Assembly (NCBI GenBank): GCA_028679315.1 | Contig: JAJRBU010000006.1 | Location: forward strand, 1-49,490 | DNA: 49,490 nt | Direction: 5' to 3' | Origin: Methanoregulaceae archaeon | Lineage (GTDB): Archaea; Halobacteriota; Methanomicrobia; Methanomicrobiales; Methanospirillaceae | Shown: one piece after another, positions 33,089 to 42,288 of the stretch | Numbering within the stretch: position 1 is the first letter of the stretch | Layout of the letters: the number at the start of each line of letters is the position of its first letter | Notes under the pieces: model-generated | The model's database searches: none | What the model was told of the DNA's origin: nothing | Seen by the model: the letters and a program-made list of their open reading frames with translations, nothing else | Made by a program: the position numbers and the translations under genes

Positions 33089-34261
33089 ATGGATCTCCTG
33101 ATCATCGCTGGTATCACTCTGGCCCTTCTGCTCAACTTCGTGAATGGCCTGAATGATGCATCACATTCCATTGCTACGGTCGTTGAAACGAGAGCGCTCT
33201 CGCCCTGGAAAGCCAGCATCTCCTCAGCAATTGCCAATTTCATCGGCCCGTTTGTGTTCACCACCGCCGTCGCTGCAACCATTGGGACGGCGCTTGTAAC
33301 CCCGGATGCAATGACCCCCTTGTCCCTCGTGGTTGCGATGCTTGTCTCTATCCTTCTCATCTTTTTTGCCACCCATATCGGGCTGCCTGTTTCCAGCAGC
33401 CATGCCCTCATCGGGGGGATACTGGGGACAGGGGTGGCAGCTGCGGGTCTTTCGGCCCTCATCCTGCCCCCGGCGGAGATGGTACAGGATCTTGCCCTCT
33501 TTTCCCTGATCGGAGCTGGGATCGGGGTTCTAATTCTCGGGATCCTGGCTCATCATCTGGGAGAAGGAATCAAACCTGCCGTAGTGCTTGGAGTGCTGTT
33601 TGGCATCTCGGTCACGATCCCCCTCATGATCGGTGCGGGGATCCTGGTTCTTTCCGGGATCCTTGCCATTATTGTCTTCATCCTTATCTCGCCGATAATA
33701 GGGTTTACGGCTGCGTTTCTCTTCGATCTTCTGGTCTCCCACCTGTTCCGCTATTCCCGGCAGAACCGGATGAGGCGGATTTTCCAGCCGCTGCAGGTCG
33801 TCGCAAGCCTGTTCCAGGCAGCCGGACATGGGGCCAACGACGGGCAGCATGCTGTCGGTGTTATCTGTGCCCTGCTGCTTGCAGGTGGACTTATCCCTTC
33901 GTTCATGGTACCCCGATGGGTGGTTATCCTCTCTGCAGCTGCGATAGCCCTTGGCACGAGTTTCGGTGGCTGGAAGGTGATCAACAAGCTGGCAAAAGAG
34001 ATAACGAAGATCCGGCCATACCAGGGTTTTTGTGCAGCGACTTCAGGGGGTGGAGTCCTTGCGATGGTCACGATGTTCGGGATCCCGGTCTCATCAACAC
34101 AGGTGATGAGTGGATCAATTGCCGGAGTCGGGGCAACACGCGGGGTGAAAGCAGTAAAATGGGAGGTTGTCCGCAATATGATGGAGGCATGGGTAGTGAC
34201 GATCCCTCTGGCATTTGCCCTCTCATGGTTCGGCTACCTGATCATCTCATTGTTCCTATAG
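33089..34261 (+). CDS. Inorganic phosphate transporter, PiT (PHO4) family
   Basis: Two copies of the PiT signature are present (GLNDASHSIATVV and GANDGQHAVGVI) in a polytopic membrane protein. A GTG at 33086 is the alternative start. Confidence 0.85.
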   Translation: MDLLIIAGITLALLLNFVNGLNDASHSIATVVETRALSPWKASISSAIANFIGPFVFTTAVAATIGTALVTPDAMTPLSLVVAMLVSILLIFFATHIGLPVSSSHALIGGILGTGVAAAGLSALILPPAEMVQDLALFSLIGAGIGVLILGILAHHLGEGIKPAVVLGVLFGISVTIPLMIGAGILVLSGILAIIVFILISPIIGFTAAFLFDLLVSHLFRYSRQNRMRRIFQPLQVVASLFQAAGHGANDGQHAVGVICALLLAGGLIPSFMVPRWVVILSAAAIALGTSFGGWKVINKLAKEITKIRPYQGFCAATSGGGVLAMVTMFGIPVSSTQVMSGSIAGVGATRGVKAVKWEVVRNMMEAWVVTIPLAFALSWFGYLIISLFL

Positions 34262-34430
34262 TACGGATGATAAGTACCCGGATTCCTGATCCGGCAGAAC
34301 AAGGCAGTAGGGAGGGCCAAAGTGGAGGCATTATCAGGGATGGTTCGTTGAGGAACATACTTAAGACCCCCGGGAGCTACAGGAAACATAATCCCTGATC
34401 GATCCTAATCGTTCACTGGAAAGGAGAGTA

Positions 34431-35513
34431 ATGAAGATGGCTATCATGAAAATACGGGGAGGAGACCTCGATCTCGTTGAATACGAATTCATCTCGTTTC
34501 ATCCCGGAGAGAATATCCGGACACTCGGGCTCGAACGTTCCTATCCCCTCACCCCCGTAAAAGGCACGGTGACCGTCCGTTCACCTGCACGGATCCACCT
34601 GACCGTTTTTGACATGAACCGGTTTGCACCGGGACGGGCGGGAGGCGGCGGGCTGGGATTTGCCCTCCAGCTTTACTGCAGTGTCGATGTCTCCTGTACG
34701 GAATCGGGAATTGAAATTGATTATTCACGTGAAGGCATCATCCGGCACTTTGTGGAGGTATTCAAGGCAGTGACCGGCTACAAGGGAGGATTCCGGATTC
34801 GTGCCCGGGATCACCAGCACCAGCATGTCGGGCTCGGTTCGACAAGTACGGTCATGATCTCGCTTGCGAACGCACTCAACTACGCGGTCGGATCTCCTCT
34901 CACTTCAGATCAGCTCCGGAAGTTGGTCGGAAACAATTACGTCGAGGAGACTGCCGGCGAGACGATTGCATTTGCCTTCGAGACAGGTGTCGGACCAGCC
35001 GTCAGTACCTATGGCGGGATGGCAATCATGGGCGATGAGCTGACACTGGCCTACCACCATCCTTTCGCAGAGGGAAAAAATGTCTTTGTGGTTATCCCCC
35101 CAAGCGGTATCTCATCGGCAGGAACCAAGGAGTTCGACCTCCTGATGAACAAGGCAAGGGTCCTTGACTACCGCGACAGGGAATTGAAGGCGTACCTCAT
35201 GCTTATGGACATGATCCCAGCCCTCGAGGATGATAACCTGAAGCGGATCGGCAATATCATCTGGGAGATCGAGTTCCGGGGATCGAAACGTGCCGAAGTG
35301 GAACACCACAGTTTCGAGATCTATCATTACATGAGCCAGCTCCGTGAAGCAGGTCTCGAGTTCGTCGGTATGAGCTCGGTCGGTCCTTCGATTGCCATCA
35401 TCACCGAAAAAGACCGGGCATTTGTCGAAGCTATCGTCGAAAAAATCGGACTGTCTATCACCGTCGAAACAAAGATCGATAACAAGGGGCTCATAATCAG
35501 CCACGCCAGGTAG
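34431..35513 (+). CDS. GHMP-kinase-fold protein, beta-ribofuranosylaminobenzene 5'-phosphate synthase (MptG) family candidate
   Basis: The N-terminal block is SPARIHLTVFDMN...GRAGGGGLGFAL. The GHMP motif is HVGLGSTSTVMISLANAL. AGGAG lies upstream of the ATG. Confidence 0.6.
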   Translation: MKMAIMKIRGGDLDLVEYEFISFHPGENIRTLGLERSYPLTPVKGTVTVRSPARIHLTVFDMNRFAPGRAGGGGLGFALQLYCSVDVSCTESGIEIDYSREGIIRHFVEVFKAVTGYKGGFRIRARDHQHQHVGLGSTSTVMISLANALNYAVGSPLTSDQLRKLVGNNYVEETAGETIAFAFETGVGPAVSTYGGMAIMGDELTLAYHHPFAEGKNVFVVIPPSGISSAGTKEFDLLMNKARVLDYRDRELKAYLMLMDMIPALEDDNLKRIGNIIWEIEFRGSKRAEVEHHSFEIYHYMSQLREAGLEFVGMSSVGPSIAIITEKDRAFVEAIVEKIGLSITVETKIDNKGLIISHAR

Positions 35514-35550
35514 CACCGCTATCGTGCGGGGGCTGTGTTCCCGGGGGATT

Positions 35551-36204
35551 TCATCCTTCTTTCTCTTCTCTTCTCTTTGCCATCCACAGCCCATGGGCCG
35601 AAGCCAGCACGATCACGATGATCGTCACCAGGATGAACGCAATGGTGATCAGGATGATCAGACCGATATGCTCCTGTATCCAAGGTATCGAGCCGAGGAG
35701 GTACCCCGCACCAGTGATTACCACGGACCAGCAGAAGGCCGAGAGGATGTTGTAGAGCAGAAAATCCCGGTAGTCCATGGTACCGATACCGGCAAGGAAG
35801 GGTGCAAACGTCCTGACCACTGGGATGAACCTCCCGACAAAGATCGTCTTTTTCCCGAACCGCTCAAAATACCGGCTTGTCCGCTCGATATACTCTTTCT
35901 TTACAAGGTCAGGGAACCGTTCCCGGAAGACCTTCAGCCCGATATGGTGCCCTAACCAGTAGTTCAGGAGATCGCCCGATATCGCGGCCAGGAAAAAAAT
36001 GATGATGAGCCATGAGAAGGTAAAGAGCCCCGAGGCGGCCCCGGCACCCGCTATAAAAAGGAGCGAGTCTCCCGGTAAAAAGACGGTAAGGATACACCCT
36101 GTCTCGAGCAGGATGATCAGGAAGAGGATGAAATAGGCACCCGGACCGAATGCGGTAATAAGAGAGGGGAGGTTCTGGTCGATATGCATCAAAAAATCCA
36201 GCAT
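35551..36204 (-). CDS. DedA/SNARE-associated family membrane protein
   Basis: The DedA signature region is VFLPGDSLLFIAGA...YFERFGKKTIFVGRFIPVVRTFAPFLAG. Confidence 0.85.
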   Translation of the reverse strand: MLDFLMHIDQNLPSLITAFGPGAYFILFLIILLETGCILTVFLPGDSLLFIAGAGAASGLFTFSWLIIIFFLAAISGDLLNYWLGHHIGLKVFRERFPDLVKKEYIERTSRYFERFGKKTIFVGRFIPVVRTFAPFLAGIGTMDYRDFLLYNILSAFCWSVVITGAGYLLGSIPWIQEHIGLIILITIAFILVTIIVIVLASAHGLWMAKRREEKEG

Positions 36205-36418
36205 GAGAGGGTACCTTCGCCGCTACTTACTTTGAAAACAGGACTATATGAAGAATTCCACGGCGTAGGTAAACCAGCACTATGCGATCATTTATTGCGG
36301 TTCGGGCAGAACTGTACAGGAATACTGCCCTCCTGCCATTTCCGCACCGGAACTCTCCCGATGCAATACACGAGGCACGGCTTGGGAATGTCCTCTTTGA
36401 CCATATCCGGTTGAGATC

Positions 36419-36757
36419 ATGCACGAGTTTAGTATTGCATACGATATTTTCAGGACGGCACAGAAGACTGCCCTGGATTACCATGCCAGGGAGGTGAAAA
36501 AAGTGTGCGTTGACATTGGAGAGATGTCGATGGTCAATCCCGAACAGGTACAATTCCTGTTCGACACCCTCATCGAGGACGATCCGGTTTTGAGGGGAGC
36601 CGTCCTTGAGAGTACGCTGGTCCCTCCCGAAACACGCTGCACCTGCGGGTACCATGGAACTGAAAAATTTGTCTGCCCTGGCTGCGGGGCACTCCCCGAG
36701 CTGGTGCAGGGAAGGGAGATAGTCGTCACCCATATTGAGATAGAGGTGGATGAGTAG
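36419..36757 (+). CDS. hypA: Hydrogenase nickel-incorporation protein HypA
   Basis: The N-terminus is MHEFSIA. The zinc-site Cys pairs are CTCG...CPGCG. The ORF is 112 aa. Confidence 0.88.
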   Translation: MHEFSIAYDIFRTAQKTALDYHAREVKKVCVDIGEMSMVNPEQVQFLFDTLIEDDPVLRGAVLESTLVPPETRCTCGYHGTEKFVCPGCGALPELVQGREIVVTHIEIEVDE

Positions 36758-37753
36758 ATGAAAGTCAGTCTGATGCATGGGGCAGGAGGGGAAGTGATGG
36801 GGGAACTCCTCCAGGTCCTGACAAGGATCGAGCACAACAATGCCGGAGGAATCGGCCTTGAAGCGCTTGACGACGGGGCCGTCATCCCGGTAAACGGGAT
36901 GAATATCGTTTTTACCACCGATTCCCACGTGGTCCGTCCCATCTTTTTTCCCGGCGGGGATATCGGCCGGATCTCGATCTGCGGGACGGTCAATGACCTG
37001 GCAATGATGGGGGGAAGACCGCTTGCGCTCTCCTGCGGCATGATCATCGAGGAGGGTTTTGAGGTGTCGGACCTCGAACGGATCGTCTCTTCGATGGATA
37101 CTGCCCTCGGGGAATGTGGAGCTAATCTGGTGACCGGGGATACGAAGGTGCTCGAGAAGGGAGCCCTTGATGGAATTGCAATTAACACGGCGGGGATAGG
37201 AATCGCCGGCACGGTTGTCCGGGACTCGGGGCTTCTCCCGGGCGACGTGATCATCGTGAGCGGTACGCTTGGGGACCATGGGCTTGCCATCATGGCAGAA
37301 CGGGCAGGACTGTCATTCGGAGAACAGATAAGGTCCGATGTCGCCCCTCTCTGGGGCCTGGTATCCGGCGCCCTTGAGGCAGGGACCATCCATGCGATGA
37401 AGGATCCCACCCGTGGGGGTTTTGCCAGTGCGATCAATGAGATGGCAAGGAAGAGCAGGGTCTCGATCCGCATTGACGAGGCGGCAGTACCTGTCAGAAA
37501 GAGCGTAAGGAGCGCTTCGATGATGCTTGGGATCGATCCGCTCCAGGTCGCAAACGAGGGGAAAGTCGTCGTGGGGGTCCCTGCAGAGGATGCTGAGACG
37601 ATACTCGCGGCGATCCGGTCACACCACTATGGTCATGATGCTGCAATTATCGGGAGGGTCATTGAGGGGGCACACGTCATCATGGAGACCGCCGTGGGGG
37701 GCGAACGGTTCATCGAGCCTCCAGTCGGAGATCCTGTCCCGAGGGTGTGTTAA
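36758..37753 (+). CDS. hypE: Hydrogenase maturation protein HypE (carbamoyl dehydratase)
   Basis: The ORF has a PurM-like fold pattern (HGAGG...; FTTDSHVV.P.FFPGGDIG) and the diagnostic C-terminal PRVC. Its start abuts the hypA stop. Confidence 0.9.
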   Translation: MKVSLMHGAGGEVMGELLQVLTRIEHNNAGGIGLEALDDGAVIPVNGMNIVFTTDSHVVRPIFFPGGDIGRISICGTVNDLAMMGGRPLALSCGMIIEEGFEVSDLERIVSSMDTALGECGANLVTGDTKVLEKGALDGIAINTAGIGIAGTVVRDSGLLPGDVIIVSGTLGDHGLAIMAERAGLSFGEQIRSDVAPLWGLVSGALEAGTIHAMKDPTRGGFASAINEMARKSRVSIRIDEAAVPVRKSVRSASMMLGIDPLQVANEGKVVVGVPAEDAETILAAIRSHHYGHDAAIIGRVIEGAHVIMETAVGGERFIEPPVGDPVPRVC

Positions 37754-37944
37754 AAACAAAGGTCATCGCTCCTTTTTTTCCTGAAAAACGGTGGCTTGCG
37801 TGGTATCCGGGCTGCAGAGTCAGGTATCCTCCTCCTTGAGCCCCTGATCCCCTGTCCCACCAGCACAACTGAAAGGGAGTACTACCCCATTCCATCGCTT
37901 TCAGAACAATCGGAGTAACCTGCAACAAAGTGATAGGTGAATGT

Positions 37945-38520
37945 TTACTCCTCGTTCCCGAAATCCAGGTAGGTGTAGAGGAGATCGAGGGCTTCCAGCT
38001 CGCGTGCTCCGCCGCATCTCCGGACCAGTGACGCATGGTGCCGGATCAGGTCGTGCAGCCGGTGGTCGCGGGACTGCTGGAACCGGGTTGCATGAACGGT
38101 CGCATCGATGATACTGTTAAAACCACGATTGATAGGATGAAGAGCCAGAGTAGCGATCTTCTCTTCCAGAAGGGAGAGGGTAACTATCAGTGCCTCGTCG
38201 GTCTCCTGGTCCACCTCGGCATGGTAGGCCGCCCAGGCTTCCGCTCCTGAGAGTCGCTGGACGAAGATCTCCCCCACCTGCTCACCGACAAAATCTTCTT
38301 GAGGTAGATCTTCAAACGCTGTCTTCACATACACGACCGGGTCATAGATGAAATTTGCCACCACCCAGCCATGCTTCCTTATCCGTTCAGCGGTATGGCT
38401 GCCGCGGAATACCACCATCCTGACCACCTGGTTCCGGTAAATGAGGCCCATAGGTGCCGCATTCTGGTAGGTGGTGGCAATCACCTCGTTAATCCCCTCT
38501 CTTAACAGTCCCATTGCCAT
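37945..38520 (-). CDS. DUF447 (FMN-binding split-barrel-like) protein, H4MPT-pathway-linked family
   Basis: The ~190-aa ORF has the N-terminal pattern GINEVIATT...NAAPMG typical of DUF447. It overlaps the upstream CitG-like gene by 19 nt. Confidence 0.6.
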   Translation of the reverse strand: MAMGLLREGINEVIATTYQNAAPMGLIYRNQVVRMVVFRGSHTAERIRKHGWVVANFIYDPVVYVKTAFEDLPQEDFVGEQVGEIFVQRLSGAEAWAAYHAEVDQETDEALIVTLSLLEEKIATLALHPINRGFNSIIDATVHATRFQQSRDHRLHDLIRHHASLVRRCGGARELEALDLLYTYLDFGNEE

Positions 38521-39323
38521 CCTTCACCCAGAGCGATATAGAGGGAGGCAAGGATAATATCTGCGATTGATCCGGGATTGATCCCGGCGTCGATCAATTC
38601 CTGGTCGAACCGGACGATGTCACGGGTCCCTTCCCTCACCTCCCTTGCCTTCTTCATGACCTCCCAGGCGATATCACGGCCGTGCTTCTTGATGATGAAG
38701 GTATCCGGTTCGGTTGAGAGCAGATCCATGAAGGTCCCCACCACGGCACCGCATCCCCCGTCATAGGATTGCAGCAGATCGGCCCCACGCCGGGTCAGGG
38801 CAAATCCGTTGATCCATTCACGGGCAACCATGTCGTTTCTGGCAGAGTACAGCATGACATCATACAACGTCATCCGGCGTTCTTTGAGTTCATCGACAGC
38901 CCCCGGATCGTTCACGTCAAGTTCATCGTCCTTCAGCACCCTGACACGGGTCTTTCCAAAAGCCTTGTAAAAGAGTATGGCATCGTCCACCGTTGTCTCT
39001 GAAACGATACGGCAGGCACCCGGGATATCCCCTCCGCAGATGAGGGGGATCAACAGGATAAAAGCCCCGAAATGGGTATTTCCTCCCGAATGAACGTTTG
39101 TACGCTCTACCGCATCAAGGATAAGTTCTCCGATACACCCCTCCCCCCGCTCGGCCTTCTCGAGTGCCCGGCGCGAAAGGATGGTCGAGGCAAGGAAATG
39201 TTCGAGCCGTGTTTCTGCATAGTCATGGCACCGGTCCACGTTTCCTGGTTTTGGGAACGCGCAGACCTCGAGCATCATTGCAAGTTGCGCACGGTCAGCA
39301 CGCGTCATCGGTTGCCCGTTCAT
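38502..39323 (-). CDS. Triphosphoribosyl-dephospho-CoA synthase (CitG)-like protein, H4MPT-pathway-linked family
   Basis: CitG-like blocks are LEVCAFPKPGNVDR, NTHFGAFILL and NPGSIADI. It overlaps the upstream gene by 29 nt. Confidence 0.7.
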   Translation of the reverse strand: MNGQPMTRADRAQLAMMLEVCAFPKPGNVDRCHDYAETRLEHFLASTILSRRALEKAERGEGCIGELILDAVERTNVHSGGNTHFGAFILLIPLICGGDIPGACRIVSETTVDDAILFYKAFGKTRVRVLKDDELDVNDPGAVDELKERRMTLYDVMLYSARNDMVAREWINGFALTRRGADLLQSYDGGCGAVVGTFMDLLSTEPDTFIIKKHGRDIAWEVMKKAREVREGTRDIVRFDQELIDAGINPGSIADIILASLYIALGEGWQWDC

Positions 39324-40437
39324 AAAACAGCCAGTGCATCAATTTATCGGAAAGTTCCCGCTTTTTCCGCATGTACTCACTGTTGGTAAGGCCTGCCTGT
39401 CGTATCGTGAGATCGCGGAACATGCAGGGCGAGGAGTCCTTGCAGCACCAGGCGAGGCTGCCAAAACAGGTCTGTTTCCCTTCGGCAAGAGGGGTGCCAT
39501 GGACATATTCCTGCTTTAATCCCATGTATTCCTCCCTCGTCACTCCAATCTTATCTAGTGTCGGTATCAGGGGGCAGTTCTTGACCGGCATGCAGCAAAA
39601 CGCAAGGGAGCGAAGATCACCTCCCCTGCAGAGTTGTTTTGGTGAATTGTACCAGCCATGCTCATCGGCATAACGGGATATTGCGGCATCCAGGCCTCCA
39701 AGTGTCCGCTCATCAGACTTCCGCGCGAGTGAGACCATGTCTGCACCATGGGAGAGCATCTCTTTCATCCGTTCGAAGGTATGCATCGAGTTATTGGCAA
39801 TGATGAAGATGGGGCAGTTGTTCCGCATCTGCCGGATCTTCTGATATCCGAGGTCCATGAGATCGACATGAAGGATATCAGCACCGGCCTTCCAGAGTGT
39901 CTGTGCCAGGGCTGCATCATTTGGATGGATCCCTGCCCTGATCTTGACTGAGACAAAGACTCCTTCGGACTTGAGTGCCTGCACGCAACGGACGAGTTCG
40001 TCTGGGTGATGCAGGTAGTATTCGCCGACCCCTGCCCGGTTCATCGGCTCCTGGCGGCAATGGGCATCAATCTCGTAGATCACCTCGTCTCCCAGCTCCA
40101 CTGCAGCCTCCCTGAAGGAGTCCGGGCTGCTGCCCCTAATATTGACCCCGGTCACGACATCACTCCTGCGGAGCAGCCGGACCTGCTCGCCAAGTTCCTT
40201 CAGTGGATCATCACAGAGGAACTCCTTTCTCCCTTTTGCGGCAATCTCATGGCTGGCTGCGAGAGTCTTTTCATCGATGGAGTACCCCCCGATAAATGCG
40301 GCACCGATATGCGCTTGCCGCTCAAGCACATACCGGGCATCCACCATCCCGGCCATGGATGCTATGGCAATGGGGGTCTTTACCACCTTCCGGTTGAGGA
40401 TGATTCCAAACTTTCGGAAATACTCATTATTTTCCAT
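39295..40437 (-). CDS. TIM-barrel flavin-oxidoreductase-like protein (DHODH/Dus-like) with a C-terminal 8-Cys module; function unknown
   Basis: The barrel-like N-terminus is KTPIAIASMAGMVD...GVNIRGSS...EIDAHCRQ...SVKIRAG...ILHVDLMD...FIIANNS. The C-terminus is CRGGDLRSLAFCCMPVKNCP...CFGSLAWCCKDSSPC. ATG at 40437; the track start at 40446 is GTG. Confidence 0.6.
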   Translation of the reverse strand: MENNEYFRKFGIILNRKVVKTPIAIASMAGMVDARYVLERQAHIGAAFIGGYSIDEKTLAASHEIAAKGRKEFLCDDPLKELGEQVRLLRRSDVVTGVNIRGSSPDSFREAAVELGDEVIYEIDAHCRQEPMNRAGVGEYYLHHPDELVRCVQALKSEGVFVSVKIRAGIHPNDAALAQTLWKAGADILHVDLMDLGYQKIRQMRNNCPIFIIANNSMHTFERMKEMLSHGADMVSLARKSDERTLGGLDAAISRYADEHGWYNSPKQLCRGGDLRSLAFCCMPVKNCPLIPTLDKIGVTREEYMGLKQEYVHGTPLAEGKQTCFGSLAWCCKDSSPCMFRDLTIRQAGLTNSEYMRKKRELSDKLMHWLFYERATDDAC

Positions 40438-40668
40438 ATGTAACACGCTGAACAGGTACGAAAATTATAGAGTGCAGTAGATGATCCATTCTATGGGATT
40501 ATAAATCGTTTGAATACCTTAAAAATAAACCGGAAGAACTATACAAAATCCCCACTTCTTTCACCCGCTCATCCGTACGGGAAGATTCTGCACGGGCGCT
40601 CCGCCTGATGGCTTCCGGAGAGAGAAATTGGTAATTGTTTTACGTGCATCAGTACAACGTAATAGCAT

Positions 40669-41070
40669 ATGAGTAAGAAGGGCATCCTCCTTGTGGGCCA
40701 TGGAAGCAAACTCCCATACAATAAGGAACTTGTTGAAGAGACTGCCGGACATATTGCCCGCAGATACCCGGATTTTGTCGTGAAGTGCGGTTTTATGAAC
40801 ATGAACACCCCGTCTATCAAGGATTCGATGGACGCGTTCCGGAAGGAATCGATCGATGTGCTCGTGGTCGTTCCCCTGTTCCTTGCAAAGGGCGTGCATA
40901 TCCTGCAGGATATCCCGGAGATCATCGGGCTTTCGCAGGGAGAGATGAAGGGGCAGTTTGCACTGAACGGAAAGACGATTCCGCTCCTCTACGCTGATCC
41001 CATCGGCAGCGATCCACTCCTCGCTGACCTGATGGTAAAGAATGCGGAAAGGGTGCTCTCAAGCCTGTAA
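40669..41070 (+). CDS. cfbA: Small CbiX-type sirohydrochlorin chelatase (CfbA nickelochelatase / CbiXS)
   Basis: The 133-aa ORF carries GILLVGHGSKLPYNKE...VVPLFLAKGVHILQDIP (CbiXS pattern). It is the first gene of a cfb-type cluster. Confidence 0.75.
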   Translation: MSKKGILLVGHGSKLPYNKELVEETAGHIARRYPDFVVKCGFMNMNTPSIKDSMDAFRKESIDVLVVVPLFLAKGVHILQDIPEIIGLSQGEMKGQFALNGKTIPLLYADPIGSDPLLADLMVKNAERVLSSL

Positions 41071-41076
41071 TCCTTC

Positions 41077-42279
41077 ATGCGAGTGCTTGTCATCGATACG
41101 ATCCATGGTGGTCTTGATATCGCCAGATACCTGAACGGCAGGGGACATTTCACAGACGTGATCGACATTTATCGGGGAAAGTCGGGGATCGATGCCGCAA
41201 CTGCAGCAGAGCGGGTATATGACCTGGCGGTTGCACCGGTTCACCTTGATCCTGGGCACACGCTTCTCCAGTCGCTCACGGTCCCCGTAATCTCTCACCA
41301 TGACGCGGTCAGGTGGATCATCGGAAAGGACCGGCCTGCACCCCTTGTCGAGATCACGGGAGCCAGGGGCAAAACCACCACCGCCTGCGCACTTGCCCAT
41401 GTCATGGAAGGCCCAGGTGTCCTCCATACCTCAATGGGAACCTACCGTTTTCCGGGAAAGGAGCGGATCTGGAAGAAGAGCATCACACCGGCATCCCTGA
41501 TTCCGGCGGCAGAAGAGGCTTCGCGGATTGGCGGCTGGTGTATCAGCGAGGTCTCCCTTGGCTGCACGGGCGCAGGAGATTACGGGATCATCACATCTCC
41601 GGAGGATTACATGGTTGCCGGCGGGAAACGGCATGCCCTCACCGAGAAGGTCCGTTCCGGGCAGCGACTGCCCCATCTTCTCGTTGCACCAGGAGTTGAT
41701 GCCCCTGGGGCGGTCCACGTGGAGTCGCTGGCTGTTCCAGAAGGGGAGACCTGCAGGTATAAGTGCGGGGGAAGAACCGGGACCTTTCTATCTCCACTCC
41801 TCTCACTTGAGAGTTACCGGATATCGTTGCTGCTCGCTGCCGCTGCCGGTTGCGATCTTGGAGGCGACCCTGCACGGCTCGCATCGTTTCCGGCTATTCC
41901 GGGCAGGATGTCCGTATCATCCGAAGGAGCAGTCCGGATCGTTGACAATTCCAATTCAGGGACCAATGCCTTCACCACCCGCTCTGCAGCTCAGTACGCT
42001 AGGAAGGTCACAGGCCAGGAAGAGATCACGCTTGTCATCGGAAAGGAGACCGGTGCGGTATGTGAGGGATTTCCAAGGGAGGATATCCTGACCGTGATCG
42101 GTGAGATCCGTCCTGCGAGTGTGATCGTGGTTGGCGAGGAATATGCGGGAATCGGGGAAGAACATGGATGTAAGGGTATCCCGTTCCTCCATGCCGGATC
42201 TCTTGCAGAGGGGGCAGCACTCGCACGATCCGTGACAAATCGGGGAAGTATAGTCCTTTCCGTAAAGTGCTGGAGGTAA
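41077..42279 (+). CDS. cfbE: Mur-ligase-family coenzyme F430 synthetase
   Basis: The Mur-ligase P-loop is ITGARGKTTT. The ~400-aa ORF sits between cfbA and cfbD, as in described cfb clusters. Confidence 0.75.
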   Translation: MRVLVIDTIHGGLDIARYLNGRGHFTDVIDIYRGKSGIDAATAAERVYDLAVAPVHLDPGHTLLQSLTVPVISHHDAVRWIIGKDRPAPLVEITGARGKTTTACALAHVMEGPGVLHTSMGTYRFPGKERIWKKSITPASLIPAAEEASRIGGWCISEVSLGCTGAGDYGIITSPEDYMVAGGKRHALTEKVRSGQRLPHLLVAPGVDAPGAVHVESLAVPEGETCRYKCGGRTGTFLSPLLSLESYRISLLLAAAAGCDLGGDPARLASFPAIPGRMSVSSEGAVRIVDNSNSGTNAFTTRSAAQYARKVTGQEEITLVIGKETGAVCEGFPREDILTVIGEIRPASVIVVGEEYAGIGEEHGCKGIPFLHAGSLAEGAALARSVTNRGSIVLSVKCWR

Positions 42280-42288
42280 AGAGAAGAC

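Noticed and set aside
36227-37473. Two long minus-strand ORFs (350 aa and 331 aa) opposite hypA/hypE
   Set aside because: Their translations are low-complexity (R/P/S/A-rich) with no motifs. The plus strand encodes unmistakable HypA (MHEFSIA, CxxC pairs) and HypE (C-terminal PRVC). These are antisense ORFs of the kind expected in GC-rich coding DNA.
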